Positions 52,940 to 64,000 of a DNA stretch of 64,000 nt are shown one piece after another (positions within the stretch are counted from its first letter, which is position 1; the number at the start of each line of letters is the position of its first letter). Below the pieces are notes generated by a model. It was not told the origin of the DNA, did no database searches, and saw nothing but the letters and a program-made list of their open reading frames with translations. This DNA is from Blasia pusilla (lineage: Eukaryota): the NCBI GenBank assembly GCA_050084515.1, contig CM114271.1, positions 36,146,001 to 36,210,000 on the forward strand, written 5' to 3'. Both the position numbers and the translations under genes were made by a program.

Positions 52940-54030
52940 GCAGAAGTATGGATCTAGGCTTAGTTTGATAGCTTTGAATCTAGAAATGAATGGATACCTA
53001 AACCCATGCTTTCAGAACTAGGGTTCCCAAATCCAATGCTGGCCTCTATGCTTGCTACCTCATAGTGGGAACTATAGATCTAGTTCTCGAAAATAGAAGG
53101 AGGATCAATCGGAGCTCAGGTTCCAATTCTAGACATGACACGTGAGCTCGAATAGCTTCTTTCGAAACTCTAGTTCCCAAATGAGATCGCGGGCCTCCTT
53201 ATTAGATTCCTCACTATCAGAACTAGAGATCCACTTCTTGAAATGAGAAGGAGGATCAATCGGAACTCACGTTGCCGTTCTTCACACGAGAACTGAGTCT
53301 GAACGGGGGCGTTTGAGGCTGTAGTTCCTAAATGAGATTGTGGGCCTCCTCCGCGGCTTCCACACCATCGGAACTAGAGAAGGAGGATGAATCGGAACTT
53401 AGGTTCCGGTTCCAGACACGAGGACTGAGCATGAACGGATGCTTTCGGAAGTGTAATTCCCAAATGAGATCGCCGTCCTCCTTCGCGGCTTCCTCACCAT
53501 TGGAACCCTAGATACTGTCTCGAAATGAGAAGGAAGATCAATCGAAACTTAGGTTCCGGTTCTAGTGACGGGAGTCCCTACCTAAACGAGGCCTTTCGTA
53601 ACTATAGTTCCCAAATCAAATCGCCGGCCTCCTTGATGGATTCCTCACTATCGACAATAGAGATCCACTTATCGAGATGAGAAGGAGGATCAAGGTTCCG
53701 GTTTGAGAAACGGGAGTCCCTACCTAAACGAGGGAATTCAGAATTGTAGTTCCCAAATCAAATCACTGGCCACTTTCCTTACTACCTCACCATCGGATCT
53801 CTACTTCCAGTTCTCAAAATGAGAAGGAGCATCAATCGAAACACAAGTTCCGGTTCCAGACTAATAAATTGAGCCCGAACGGCTGCTTTCAAAATTGTAG
53901 TTCCCAAATAAAATCTCCGGCCTCCTTATCAGATGCTTCAATATCGGCACTAGAGGTCCCATTCTCAAAATGAGAAGCAAGATCAATCGGACCACAGGTT
54001 CCGGTTCCACATGCGGGAGTCCCTATCTAA
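52940..54030. repeat. Tandem array, about 151-bp unit, about 7 copies
   Basis: GAAGGAGGATCAATCGGAACT-like anchor at 53096, 53247, 53379, 53529, 53681, 53823 and 53974. Confidence 0.9.
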
Positions 54031-55099
54031 ACAAGGGCCTTTGTATATCATAGGTTCACCAACTAACTTTCTCGTCACTTCACCCACTTCCTCCGGATTT
54101 CTCTCAATGGTCGCTACGTCTGCTAAATTGTTATCCTCATTTCTTACACATGTGGAATGAATATTACTCAAGCCCTAGCAGAGTACACAAATTGTGGAAA
54201 TTCCTCTTGCTTCAAAGCACAGATATCCACTATCTAAGATTTCTTTGAATACCAGCAAAGGTTTGTGCCCGATCATTTTTTGACCACAAACATGCTCTGC
54301 TAATGTCTAGTGTGTGTATGTTGCCCAATTGACCAGGATTGCTCATATCTTCATTCAAAAATTCAAGTACATATTTCACAACTTTCTCTGATGCATTTAT
54401 CGCCGTACATGCTTGGTGCCAAATAATACTTTTTCCTCGGCTTTGCCGTTGCTTTTCATAATCCGTCTATAATTCACACCTTCCAGTTGAACCTACCACT
54501 AGCATTTGTCTACAACTCTTCTCTGCTATCCATATTCAATTGCGGCCATGACATGGTCGCCATTCATGTACTCACATGATATTGGGTTGAAGCCTATTCT
54601 GAAATTATTATGGCAATAAGGTGATTAAGGCGTCCGCATAGAGAGCCGCCATCATAGAGTGTTTCCATTTGTTCACACTTATCAGTAATTGGTTTCCAAT
54701 ACCCATCAAACAAATTAGTGTTCTCAACAAATACCTTGTCTCTAGCTAATCGTTCTTCAAGCTCAGGAGAGATATAAGGGCAGCTTGATCGTTGGATTCA
54801 AAATTAGACCGGCCTATGAGAGGTTCGGATCAGATGCTCCTACTTCATTCCTATGTTTGACATATTTCTTTCCACGGGAAACCACATGTTCAACACATTC
54901 TTGATGCACTAACAATCTTGTAGTAAAATATTTCAGTGTTCAAAACCAACGAGCTTTTGCCTTCGTATACAGATATATCCCAACCATAAATAAGTAAGAT
55001 TGACTGAACATACTTCTCAACCAGAGTTTGAACTTCATGTTTGAACAAAGCATCATTGCACATCTACCAATTCCATTGGCTTCAGGATGGTTGGCTATC

Positions 55100-56300
55100 A
55101 ACTTGTAAATGATTGGCGGCTTCACCCAAGAACAATCCATTGATCTGTCTATCCCCGCTACCCTAAACCCTAATCTACATATCATGCAGCCAATAGTAAT
55201 CCATCTAGTTCTCTGTGCACTTCAGTTGGTAGTGTTCATGCTTCGGTGCTTGACACACTTGAGGATCAAGAGTTCACAAGATCAGTTGAAAAAACATAGC
55301 CAACCCGATTCTGCCTACTTGATATAGCGAAACCAATTCAGAAAAATCACCAAGATCATGTGCCTGTGCAGTGCGTCAAGACATTTAAATTCAAATTCAA
55401 CTAGACTTATTAACTCATATGTGTAATCAGTTTATTTTCATATGCAGAAGCTGCCACAATTTGGTGTGGCTAGCATAATCGAATCAACTACGAGAATATT
55501 GTCACCATGATTCTATCTGTGAACAAGCCTTAATGAATTTCAAACTCAATGATTAGGTGGAAACATCACCTCATGTTTGTAACCTAGCTCATTTTCATAT
55601 GGGGTAACTCCCATATTCTTGCCTAATTCATATAATATGATCAACTGAGGATTAATCACCAACGTCTTGTCATTGTACACGCCCTAATGACATTTAAAAT
55701 TTTTTTTCAAGTGCACTCATCACCTCAGAATAGTGGATCATCACTTTGCGAATTATCAAGGGCTTCACCCAAGAAACATCCATTGATTTGTCCACCCACG
55801 GCATGTGATAGTAAATCTTGATATCGTGCAGGCGACTGTGATCCATCTTGTTATTTATGGACTTTAGTTGGTAGTGTTTACCCTCTAGTGCTTGATAGGC
55901 TTGGGGATCAAAAGTTCATAAAACCAGCTGAGAAAATACAGTCACGGGCATTCTGCCTACTGACTTAACAAGATCAGTCGGGCCAAGTCACAAAATCGTG
56001 TGCTTGTGCAGGCCCTAACGACATTTGGGCTCAAAGTCCAACTAGACTCATTACCTCGTCTATATAAGTCAAGTCATTTCCATATACAGCAGGTGCCAAA
56101 GTCCTCCCCAGCTAACATAATAGAACCAGTTGCGAGAATACAATGACCATGATTCTGCACCTGAACATGCCTTATTTGTAACCCAACTTATTTCCATATG
56201 TGGTAACTGCCACATTCCTGCTTAATTAGCATAAGAAAACCAGCTGGAAACAGTCACTAACGTCGTGTTCCCCTACAAAACCTGACAACATTTAATCGGT
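55100..56300. repeat. Diverged tandem duplication, period about 645 bp
   Basis: GGCTTCACCCAAGAA..ATCCATTGAT.TGTC at 55117 and 55761 with collinear downstream matches (AGTTGGTAGTGTT, ATTCTGCCTACT, CAACTAGACT, ACCATGATTCT). Confidence 0.8.
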
Positions 56301-57660
56301 GTTCATTGGGGCTCATCAACTCGTGTTTGTAATTCAGCTCACACCACAGTTTTCTTGCCATTCACCTTTCTCTGAATCCAATTGTGATACATGAACATAC
56401 ATATCCTCATATAGCTTCGTCCTTAATACCTTTCCGATCATATTTGCTATGGCAAGGAGGATACATCCTCGCAAACATCTCCAAATTCTTCGACAAAGGT
56501 CCAGGCTAATAGCTTGCAAACTTCGGGCAAGAACTTGGAGAGCAAATAGAAATAAGTTGCTGCAAAGACCTATCAGCAAAGTGTGGTCCTTTATCTCTTT
56601 AATCGGACAATCCTAGGTCTGTCAATGCTCCAATGCTCCTGGATCTGTCAATGTCAAGCAGATGCTCTGTTGTGGTTACTGCAGTGCGGTATCATATAGC
56701 AATATCCAGTTACCTTTACAGTCTGTTCCCGACTACCCACCTTATGGACTCTATAATGAATACACGCTACACTATATGGTAGGTTCACCTGGAACTTTCT
56801 ACATATGTCGTCAATGCTCATCCACTACCAGCAAGACATCCACTATTGCAAACACCTGCTCTAATGTCTCTATGACACCTGCTTATATCACAGACGTATT
56901 AGCAGTAAACCCGTTACATCTACAACTTTTATCCCTGGTGGACATAAGGATTTGCATACACTAGAAGAAAACTATGGTTTTTATGACTCTACTATGAATG
57001 ACTTATGAATGAAATGACTAAAAATATGACTCTATTGGTGTTATCATTTTGTATGACTTAGAAAACCCAAATAGTCATAAATGAACAACTGAAAGAATAT
57101 TATAAATGACTCAGTTGTCTACAAGTTATATCCCATGACTATGTCAATCATCTGAGTCATAACTCTATCAATTATGTGAGTCATTTTTACACACATGTTT
57201 ATTAAAGAAAATTAATAGGAGAAGGTTATAGTTTTTTTTTTAAAAATTTGTGGTCTTATGACAATATTATAGTTGTCTTTGACTAAATAATCGGACATAT
57301 TTTATTATTTAAAAATAAAAGTATGTTATATTTTTATCGTTTTAAAATTTGATGCACGAGCATTCTCACTAGTGAGTCAATAACAATATATTGAAACCAT
57401 GCATAATTTATTTTTAAATTTTCTATTCTTATAAAGTATAATAAGAAAAGATGAAAATTTAAATTTAGAACAAAAAATTTTACCCAAAAAAATTTATGAA
57501 AATTTATATCAAAACTAGAGTAAAAAAAATGTAAACGATGAAAAAACTCACAAACTATTAAATCATAATTAATATGTAACTTTGGAAAATTTGAATAGAA
57601 CACTAACCTCCAAAGGTATTTGTCTTAAGAGGGTTAAGTGTAAACAAAGCAAACAATTCA

Positions 57661-57720
57661 GGCCGGGGTCGAACCTGTCTCAACCAGGACGAAGATGAGA
57701 CCCTACCCAATAAGCTAAAA
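57661..57720 (-). other. tRNA-derived Pol III promoter-like (SINE-head-like) sequence
   Basis: Minus strand A box TAGCTTATTGG (57717-57707) and B box GGTTCGACCCC (57675-57665), 31 nt apart; no complete cloverleaf seen. Confidence 0.5.
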
Positions 57721-60700
57721 CTCTCTCTTGTCTCACACATGTAATCTTTTAGATTTGTATCTCATATGTAAGTTTCTTAGATTTCGATATGTTGACATGA
57801 GACGAATCGTAAAGGGCAATCGGAAGGAAGGCAAGAGGGCGTGCACTAGAGAGACAGACTCGAGCACATGATCAAACATGCACACAGGAGTTAATTTGAC
57901 AACTAGGTGGTGGCCATCTAAGTAACATTATCCTCTTAACATAAACTAAGATTCTCTGAAATCCAGCCAGGAGTAATGTGTGAATACAAGTAGCATATAC
58001 AATGGTGAGGATAGATAAAATCTCAATCTGAAGCTCTAGAAGAGGGACATATATCAAACAAGTAAATATTGGGTACATACCAATTACAATGATTATTGAA
58101 AACTACATATACATCACAATTAGACCATTCTCTAATTGATGAAGCCAAAATATAAATGGTTCATTATATGGCAGAATCAAAGTGTTTACATCTGAACAAA
58201 TTGCAAGAAGGAACCAAGAGCATGTGGAAGCCAAACTACAAACTAATGACCTGATGGAATCATGGTGAAAGTTTAAAAAATTCTGAAAATCACAAAAATC
58301 CAAAGATCCTAATGAACTAGCTTCTTCAGATTCAACTCTAGCCAAATGATTGAAGTTCCAATTGCATCTCCAAGTGTGAGTGAGCAGGTTCGTCCATTGT
58401 ATTCGGCTCCCATAGTTGGTAATCCAATTGGGAAGCATCCTTAAGATCCACTCAAACTAATCCAGAACCTTTGTCCTTCCCATGGAACTTGTCTTGCACA
58501 CTCAAGCCTGAAACTACTCCATAACCCAAAATATTCCAGTTGAGTTTTGGTTGTGTGAGAAGAACTTCATCTCCCACACAGAGCTACATACATACCAATT
58601 CAAAACAGAAAGTTAATGGTGAATATAACAACATTATAACAATTGATAAATTAATATACTCTCAGTCATTACCTTGGTAAAGTCCTTGAAAATTTGACAA
58701 ACCCCTCCTGGTTGGGTACCAGAAATAAGAATAAAAAAAACAACTCATCCATTTTTGCTACATATCTACGAAAAAAACATGAAATATCTTTGCAAAAAGT
58801 AAAAGCTTGATTATTTTACCCTCTGCTTCTTTAGAACTTTCGGATCGCACTTGTAGCAGCAGTAGAGTGGATTGCAAGGAGGTAGAGTGGTAGCAGAATC
58901 AAGAGGGGAAGAGTGTTGGAGAATTGGGCAAGAACGATGTGAGGCAAGGTCATATTTGAAGAAGCAAATGAGGCCCACCACAAGGGCTACGTAGAGCGGT
59001 ATTAGTGCATCCGAGCTGCAAAATTTGACATTGTAGGATTGTATAGGGGAAGCCAAGGCAATAAAATCTGAGCTGCAAGTGCCCACAGAAGTAGAAGCAA
59101 TCAACTAGCTTGAAAGCTTGTGCAGCTTGAAAAGCCTAAGCAGCTTAAAAAATTGAACGGGGGGCGTCCATACATTAGACGCCCACACATTCCGTAGATG
59201 AGCTTGTAGACTCTCGGATCATGGAATTAGGTGAAATTACCTACTAGTGAGGTTGATCATTTTCTTCAGCAGTTCTGCCATGAGCTGTTTGATTTAACTA
59301 ACCAACACTACCTACGGGTACCCATAACTTCACTTGTAGTGAAGCAATCGTTAATTGTGTGCTGCGATTGGCTCCATCAGATTTCGTTGCACCAGTTTGA
59401 TTCTATGAAAATAACTTGACAACCTTAGCTACCAAAAGTAGAGGAGAGCAACAACGTCTCTCCTCTGCTTTGAACACATTTGAGGAATCTCAAGCGAAAT
59501 GGAGATGGTGTAGCAAAATGCGCATAGTAGGAGAAGTCCGACCGAGAGAGAGAGAGAGAGAGAAAAAAAATTGAAGAGGGGATTAGTTTTCTTCTTATTT
59601 AGTGCATTGTTTCTTCTAACAGAGCTCTTTGATGTTTAATTTGTGCGTAGGTAGCTTTAAAGAACTCTCACCAACAAGCTGTGCACAATTATCTATTTCA
59701 ACTTTCTTAGGAAAGGCTAAGAAACAGCCTCTGATTATGGAGGGAAACTTACCTTCCCGAAGATTCTGTGATTCAAAATATTTTTTGTTGAGGCTGCGTG
59801 GTCTTTCGGTGAATTTGAAGAAGAAGATATTGCAGAAGAGTAGGCCTTTAGGGATATTTGATTGGATCTTGGCTCTGCCAATCCTTGTACGCGTAAGGAT
59901 TTTGCAGTTGATTGATGATTCCAGAGGAAATAAACATGCCAATGGTTATAGGGTTGGGAAGACAACATCATTTGACGTGACAAAGCGTCATTTCTATGTT
60001 AGGTTTTTTTATTTTATTCTCCGCCATGATGATAGATACTCTTTACTTTCCTGGATAGTGGTCAAGATGGTTGATAAGGTCACTGTTCATATATGCCACG
60101 ATAAGCAAGGAATGGCTATTGGGACAGATACTGATGTAAATGTTACAAAATTGGTGCGTTTGTTAGAGTATGCAATTGAGGTCGGTGGGAAAAGTGTCCA
60201 AGTATGTTTAGAGTACAGTAATTTTTGGGAAGGGAAAATTCCATGAGAGCAAGTTTGCACTCACTCAAGGAACCAAATGGTTTCTGGAAGGATATGTATT
60301 TGTTGTTTCGGAATATGTTGTGGTGCTACATGGGAGAGAATTTGAGCACCTGATAGATATTGGTAGTTTGATTAAGCTTGTTAAAGGCCATAAAGTAGGA
60401 TTTTGATTAAAGTAACAACTTTTCATTAAAGAGATAAGATGAAATGATCGTGGTTTGTCTGCATATTTGACTTCGGATATGATTTGTTAAGCATCAAGTT
60501 TCTTTAGGAGTATTTGAATGTGACTCTAAAAAAAGTAACTCAGATGATAGCTTTTTTCTGAACAAGTCTATACTCTTCTTTCCTCGAGAGTTTCCAAGAA
60601 AGCTTCAGGACTGTCATGGATTGTTTTAGATAAAAGTATAGTAATAGCTCACTTTTTTACATAGGTGTAAGTGATCTATCATTTACATAAGCACTCATTT

Positions 60701-61055
60701 ATAGTGGGATATTGCAATCGTGTTGAGATCATCTAGATCTAATATGTCATGAATATGATGAAATAGCTTGCAGCGTTACACACACCATTTGAATCGGTCT
60801 GAGTTTTCAAAGAGTGCAGAAAAATAGACCATCCAAGAAAGGTATTTATCAATTCCCTTGCAAGAATTCTTTAGTGGACAGTAGATAAAGCAAGTGTGGG
60901 TAAATATAGGATTCAAGGGATTTTTTTAATATATCAGTAGGTGAGATATACTACATATATTGAACCATTGAGGTCCATCTTGGAAATCTATGTTTTTTTA
61001 TTCCCCTTGGTATGGTGTGGTGTGTCGGATGGTTTAAGCTTAATTACTCAATATT

Positions 61056-62050
61056 ATGGCCATGGAAACCACCTCCCTTGGACATAGGAAATCTTTACGT
61101 CATCCTAATAGAGTGGTTACGCATGACTTGAAGTTATGGCGTAGAGAGCTTGCTGGGACTCAGGAAAATGGCAAGAGACGTATAAAATGCCGTTGCAATA
61201 AGTGCAAGGGGCAGAAAACTATAACATTACATAAGATAGATGTTCACCTACGAAGGAATGGTAGATTTCCTTTGTGCCGGTTGTGGAAAGGGATAGAAGA
61301 AAGAGACTCCTCTAATGAGGAGTAGCTAGCTGAAGACCAAATGGATAGTAGACTTCATCAGAAGTATGGGATATGGCATATCTAGAAGGTTCAATTGATG
61401 ATGTTGGTAGTTTCTTACTCTAAACTAATATTCATTGTCCATTTAATTTTACAGGATTTATGAAGAGAGTGAAATTAACAATATGTCCTTCCAAGATTGG
61501 GTTCGTCCAGCCATTTTGGAAGCCATAGAAGGGAACCTTGAGAAGATTGATGAAGAGGAATTTGCTATCTCCATACCTCCTACCTCTAAACTTCTTTCCT
61601 ACAAGAGTATGAAACCTTGCGGTAATCATTATAGGGTGGAAGGGAATGAAGGATTAAGTTTCTCAACTTATGATTGTGGTATAGGAGCCGTATTTTTGGA
61701 TGATGAGGGGGGAAGATCCAACTCACATAGTGCTTATTCATATGTGGGTGTTTTAGTTGATATCTTAGCCTTTGAATACTAGATTATAGGGCAACCTCTC
61801 ATTCTAATGAGAGGTAGATGGGTTAGAGCATAATGGGACTCTAGGCGCCCATCCATGAAACGAGACGAGGAGGGTTTTCTTCTTACTAACCTAAATGATA
61901 ATGAGCCACTTCACTACTAGCCTTTTGTGTTTCTTTCACAAGAAGAATAGGTTTTCTGTGGAGATTCGGGTGACAGAGGTGTCTGGAGAGTAGTACTTAG
62001 GAAAAAAGCAAGGTCTCGCCGTAGCTTTGCAGATTCGACGGATGTGAATT
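61056..62050 (+). pseudogene. CACTA TNP2-related remnant: transposase-associated zinc domain plus DUF4216-like C-terminus
   Basis: IKCRCNKCKG...VHLRRNG; then YDCGIGAVF, YVGVLVDILAFEY, LMRGRWV, RDEEGFLLTNL, PFVFLSQ, WRVVLRKKARSRR. Confidence 0.8.
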
Positions 62051-64000
62051 GGGATAAGGAGGAGAGTGGTGAATACCATGGCCTGGAGGTGACTCCTTTT
62101 TAGGAAAGACATTTGCCCCGCATCAATACTCTCTGTGCCATTGAACTAAATAATGCTGAAGTTGCCATAACTCAATCACATTTTAGCCAAGTACATGTAG
62201 TGGAAGTTTTGCAGAGCATGGACACCGATGGGGATGAATGATATTAAGATCTTAGCAATTAGATCAGGATCTCATCGATTAGATAAACTAGAAGTCCATA
62301 GTTGTGCCTCTTGTGTGTATGTGTTTTTTAGTTCTTGTGGGGTTGAACCATTTGATAAACATGTTTTTCCTTCATACAACTTAAGAGCTATATTTGTGTA
62401 GGGATATAGAGCCAGCTGTTTCAGAGAGTGATTATTCCAATAGACAAGGTGAAGTAGGAGTCCAATGTGAGAAGAACCAAAAATCTAGTGTGTATAGTCA
62501 TGAGAAGACAAAGGGAGTTGAGGCCTCAAGAGACTCCAACCATGAGGTCCATGATGTAGATGCTCCCATTGATAATGAGGTGGAGGATACTAGCATGGCC
62601 TACGAGAAGAATCGTGAACGTAACATTCAGAGAAGGAAAGAGATGGAGAGAGTTATTTTTCAAAACTGCCAATTGACGTATGTTTTCTTGGCCTAGAGTA
62701 TATGGTTGGGGGATCCTTTAGTGGCTTTAAGTCAGTACAAGTAAATTTCATAGTGATTGTTGGTGAAATGAGGAGTACACATGATTACTCATGGCGTGGA
62801 ATGAATCATTTCATGTTTATTGAACTAATTGTGAAACATGGATAGTAATGGAGCAATTCAAAAAAAGAGGCAACTAGCAACAAAGATTCATGTTGCTCCA
62901 AATATGATAAGCCTTCGCTGACAAAGTGCACGCCTTAAGAAGACCCTAAATATTCCAGATTTCTCAGATAGGAAATCTGAGAAGGAACCAATGGGATATA
63001 CATCAGATGAAGACAATGTGGCCCGTTTGGATTCACCTGATCCTATAAGTATTGAATTATGGGATTATCCATATTATTCAATCGATTGACATTGATTTTT
63101 AGTGGGAGATACTTAATATGAGTATTATTCCTATGATCCTACCTTGTTTGCTAATTAAATTGAGCTCTTTATTGTGTATAGGGATGAGAATATATGAAAG
63201 GAGTCCATGGTGATAGTGTAGAGAGACAAAGATCCCAAGGCCAACAAAATATTGTTAAAGATGGGATGCATATACAGGGTTTAGGGTTTAGACCCCTCCA
63301 CGCTTAGACAGGGACAATATGTCCCATGAACCTCCATGGGAAACTCAGAGTTGGAGAGGAGGCCACTTGTGGGGTGGTTCTCCTTAGTGTGGATGGTACA
63401 ACCAACCCCCTCCCAATGTGTATGGAAGATCTCGAGAGTAGGACTCTCAACCCATGGATGAGAGAGATCTCCATGCAAGAGATGCAGAGAGGTACGTTGG
63501 AGGCATGTCAAGAGATAGATGTATGTGGGACCATTCATCCCCTTGGGGTAAATCACAGAGACCAGGTTCCTACAACCATGTACCATGTGTTGTAGTAGAA
63601 GATTGGAGGCATGGAGAGCACGGATATCCCCTTGTGAGTCGCCCTCAATGACATTCAGTGAGTACTTAATTTGATTCATTTTTTGAAATTTCACATGCCT
63701 TTACCATGTCTGAATGTATTTGTGATTTATTCTCCTCTAATATTCCTTTGCATAAACAGGTTCCACCTCTAAGAGAATTAGAAGGGCCTTCGGTAAGGTG
63801 TTGAATTCGGTATCTTTGCCATAACCTGTCATTGGTTATGATTTCAGATATATTCCATTCAATTGTAGATTTCAGATATCTCCAATGGCTTCTTCTTGTG
63901 CAAATGTTTAAGGGTCCACCGAGTAGAAGTCAATCATGTATGATTGCCACTGCACCAGAAAACACTCCATCTATAGGTGGCGGGATTCACACTTCTGGAG

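Larger units (their letters stand above)
56959..64000 (+). mobile_element. CACTA DNA transposon, left terminus to window end
   Basis: Starts CACTAGAAGAAAActatGGTTTTTATGACT at 56959; dense ATGACT/AGTCAT subterminal repeats to about 57280; CACTA transposase-related domains at 61056-62050. Extent to the window end is assumed. Confidence 0.8.

Noticed and set aside
59629-60246. 205-aa ORF as a Ulp1-like protease of the CACTA element
   Set aside because: Catalytic His/Asp/Cys motifs are not recognisable; left unannotated.
63058-63073. 16-mer TATGGGATTATCCATA shared with the hairpin at 10990
   Set aside because: No flanking similarity; cannot be distinguished from chance.

Overview
Eukaryotic, transposon-dense genomic DNA, most likely from a non-seed land plant such as a moss or liverwort (inferred from the TE families and the CG/CHG-type C-to-T decay). 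Almost all coding remnants are degenerate. The main system is two related, nested Ty3/Gypsy (Tcn1/Tf1-like) LTR retrotransposons that each carry a DNMT3-like C5-cytosine methyltransferase domain between protease and reverse transcriptase. The younger copy (15228-24647, 4-bp TSD GACA) has a Tf1-type self-priming site and a circularly permuted split-LTR layout (A...B-A-B). This layout suggests integration from a 2-LTR circle opened at an internal att-like site. Other contents: an Athila/Tat-like gag remnant with a tRNA-Asp PBS, a Copia remnant, a CRE-like non-LTR RT remnant, two outward-facing CACTA termini (one leading into a transposase lacking its core), a kinase pseudogene, a SWIM-finger pseudogene with hairpin repeats, a spliced degenerate gene (possibly ParB-like plus amino-methyltransferase-like) bracketed by two satellite arrays, and one likely intact host gene of unknown function (39843-40808, minus strand).
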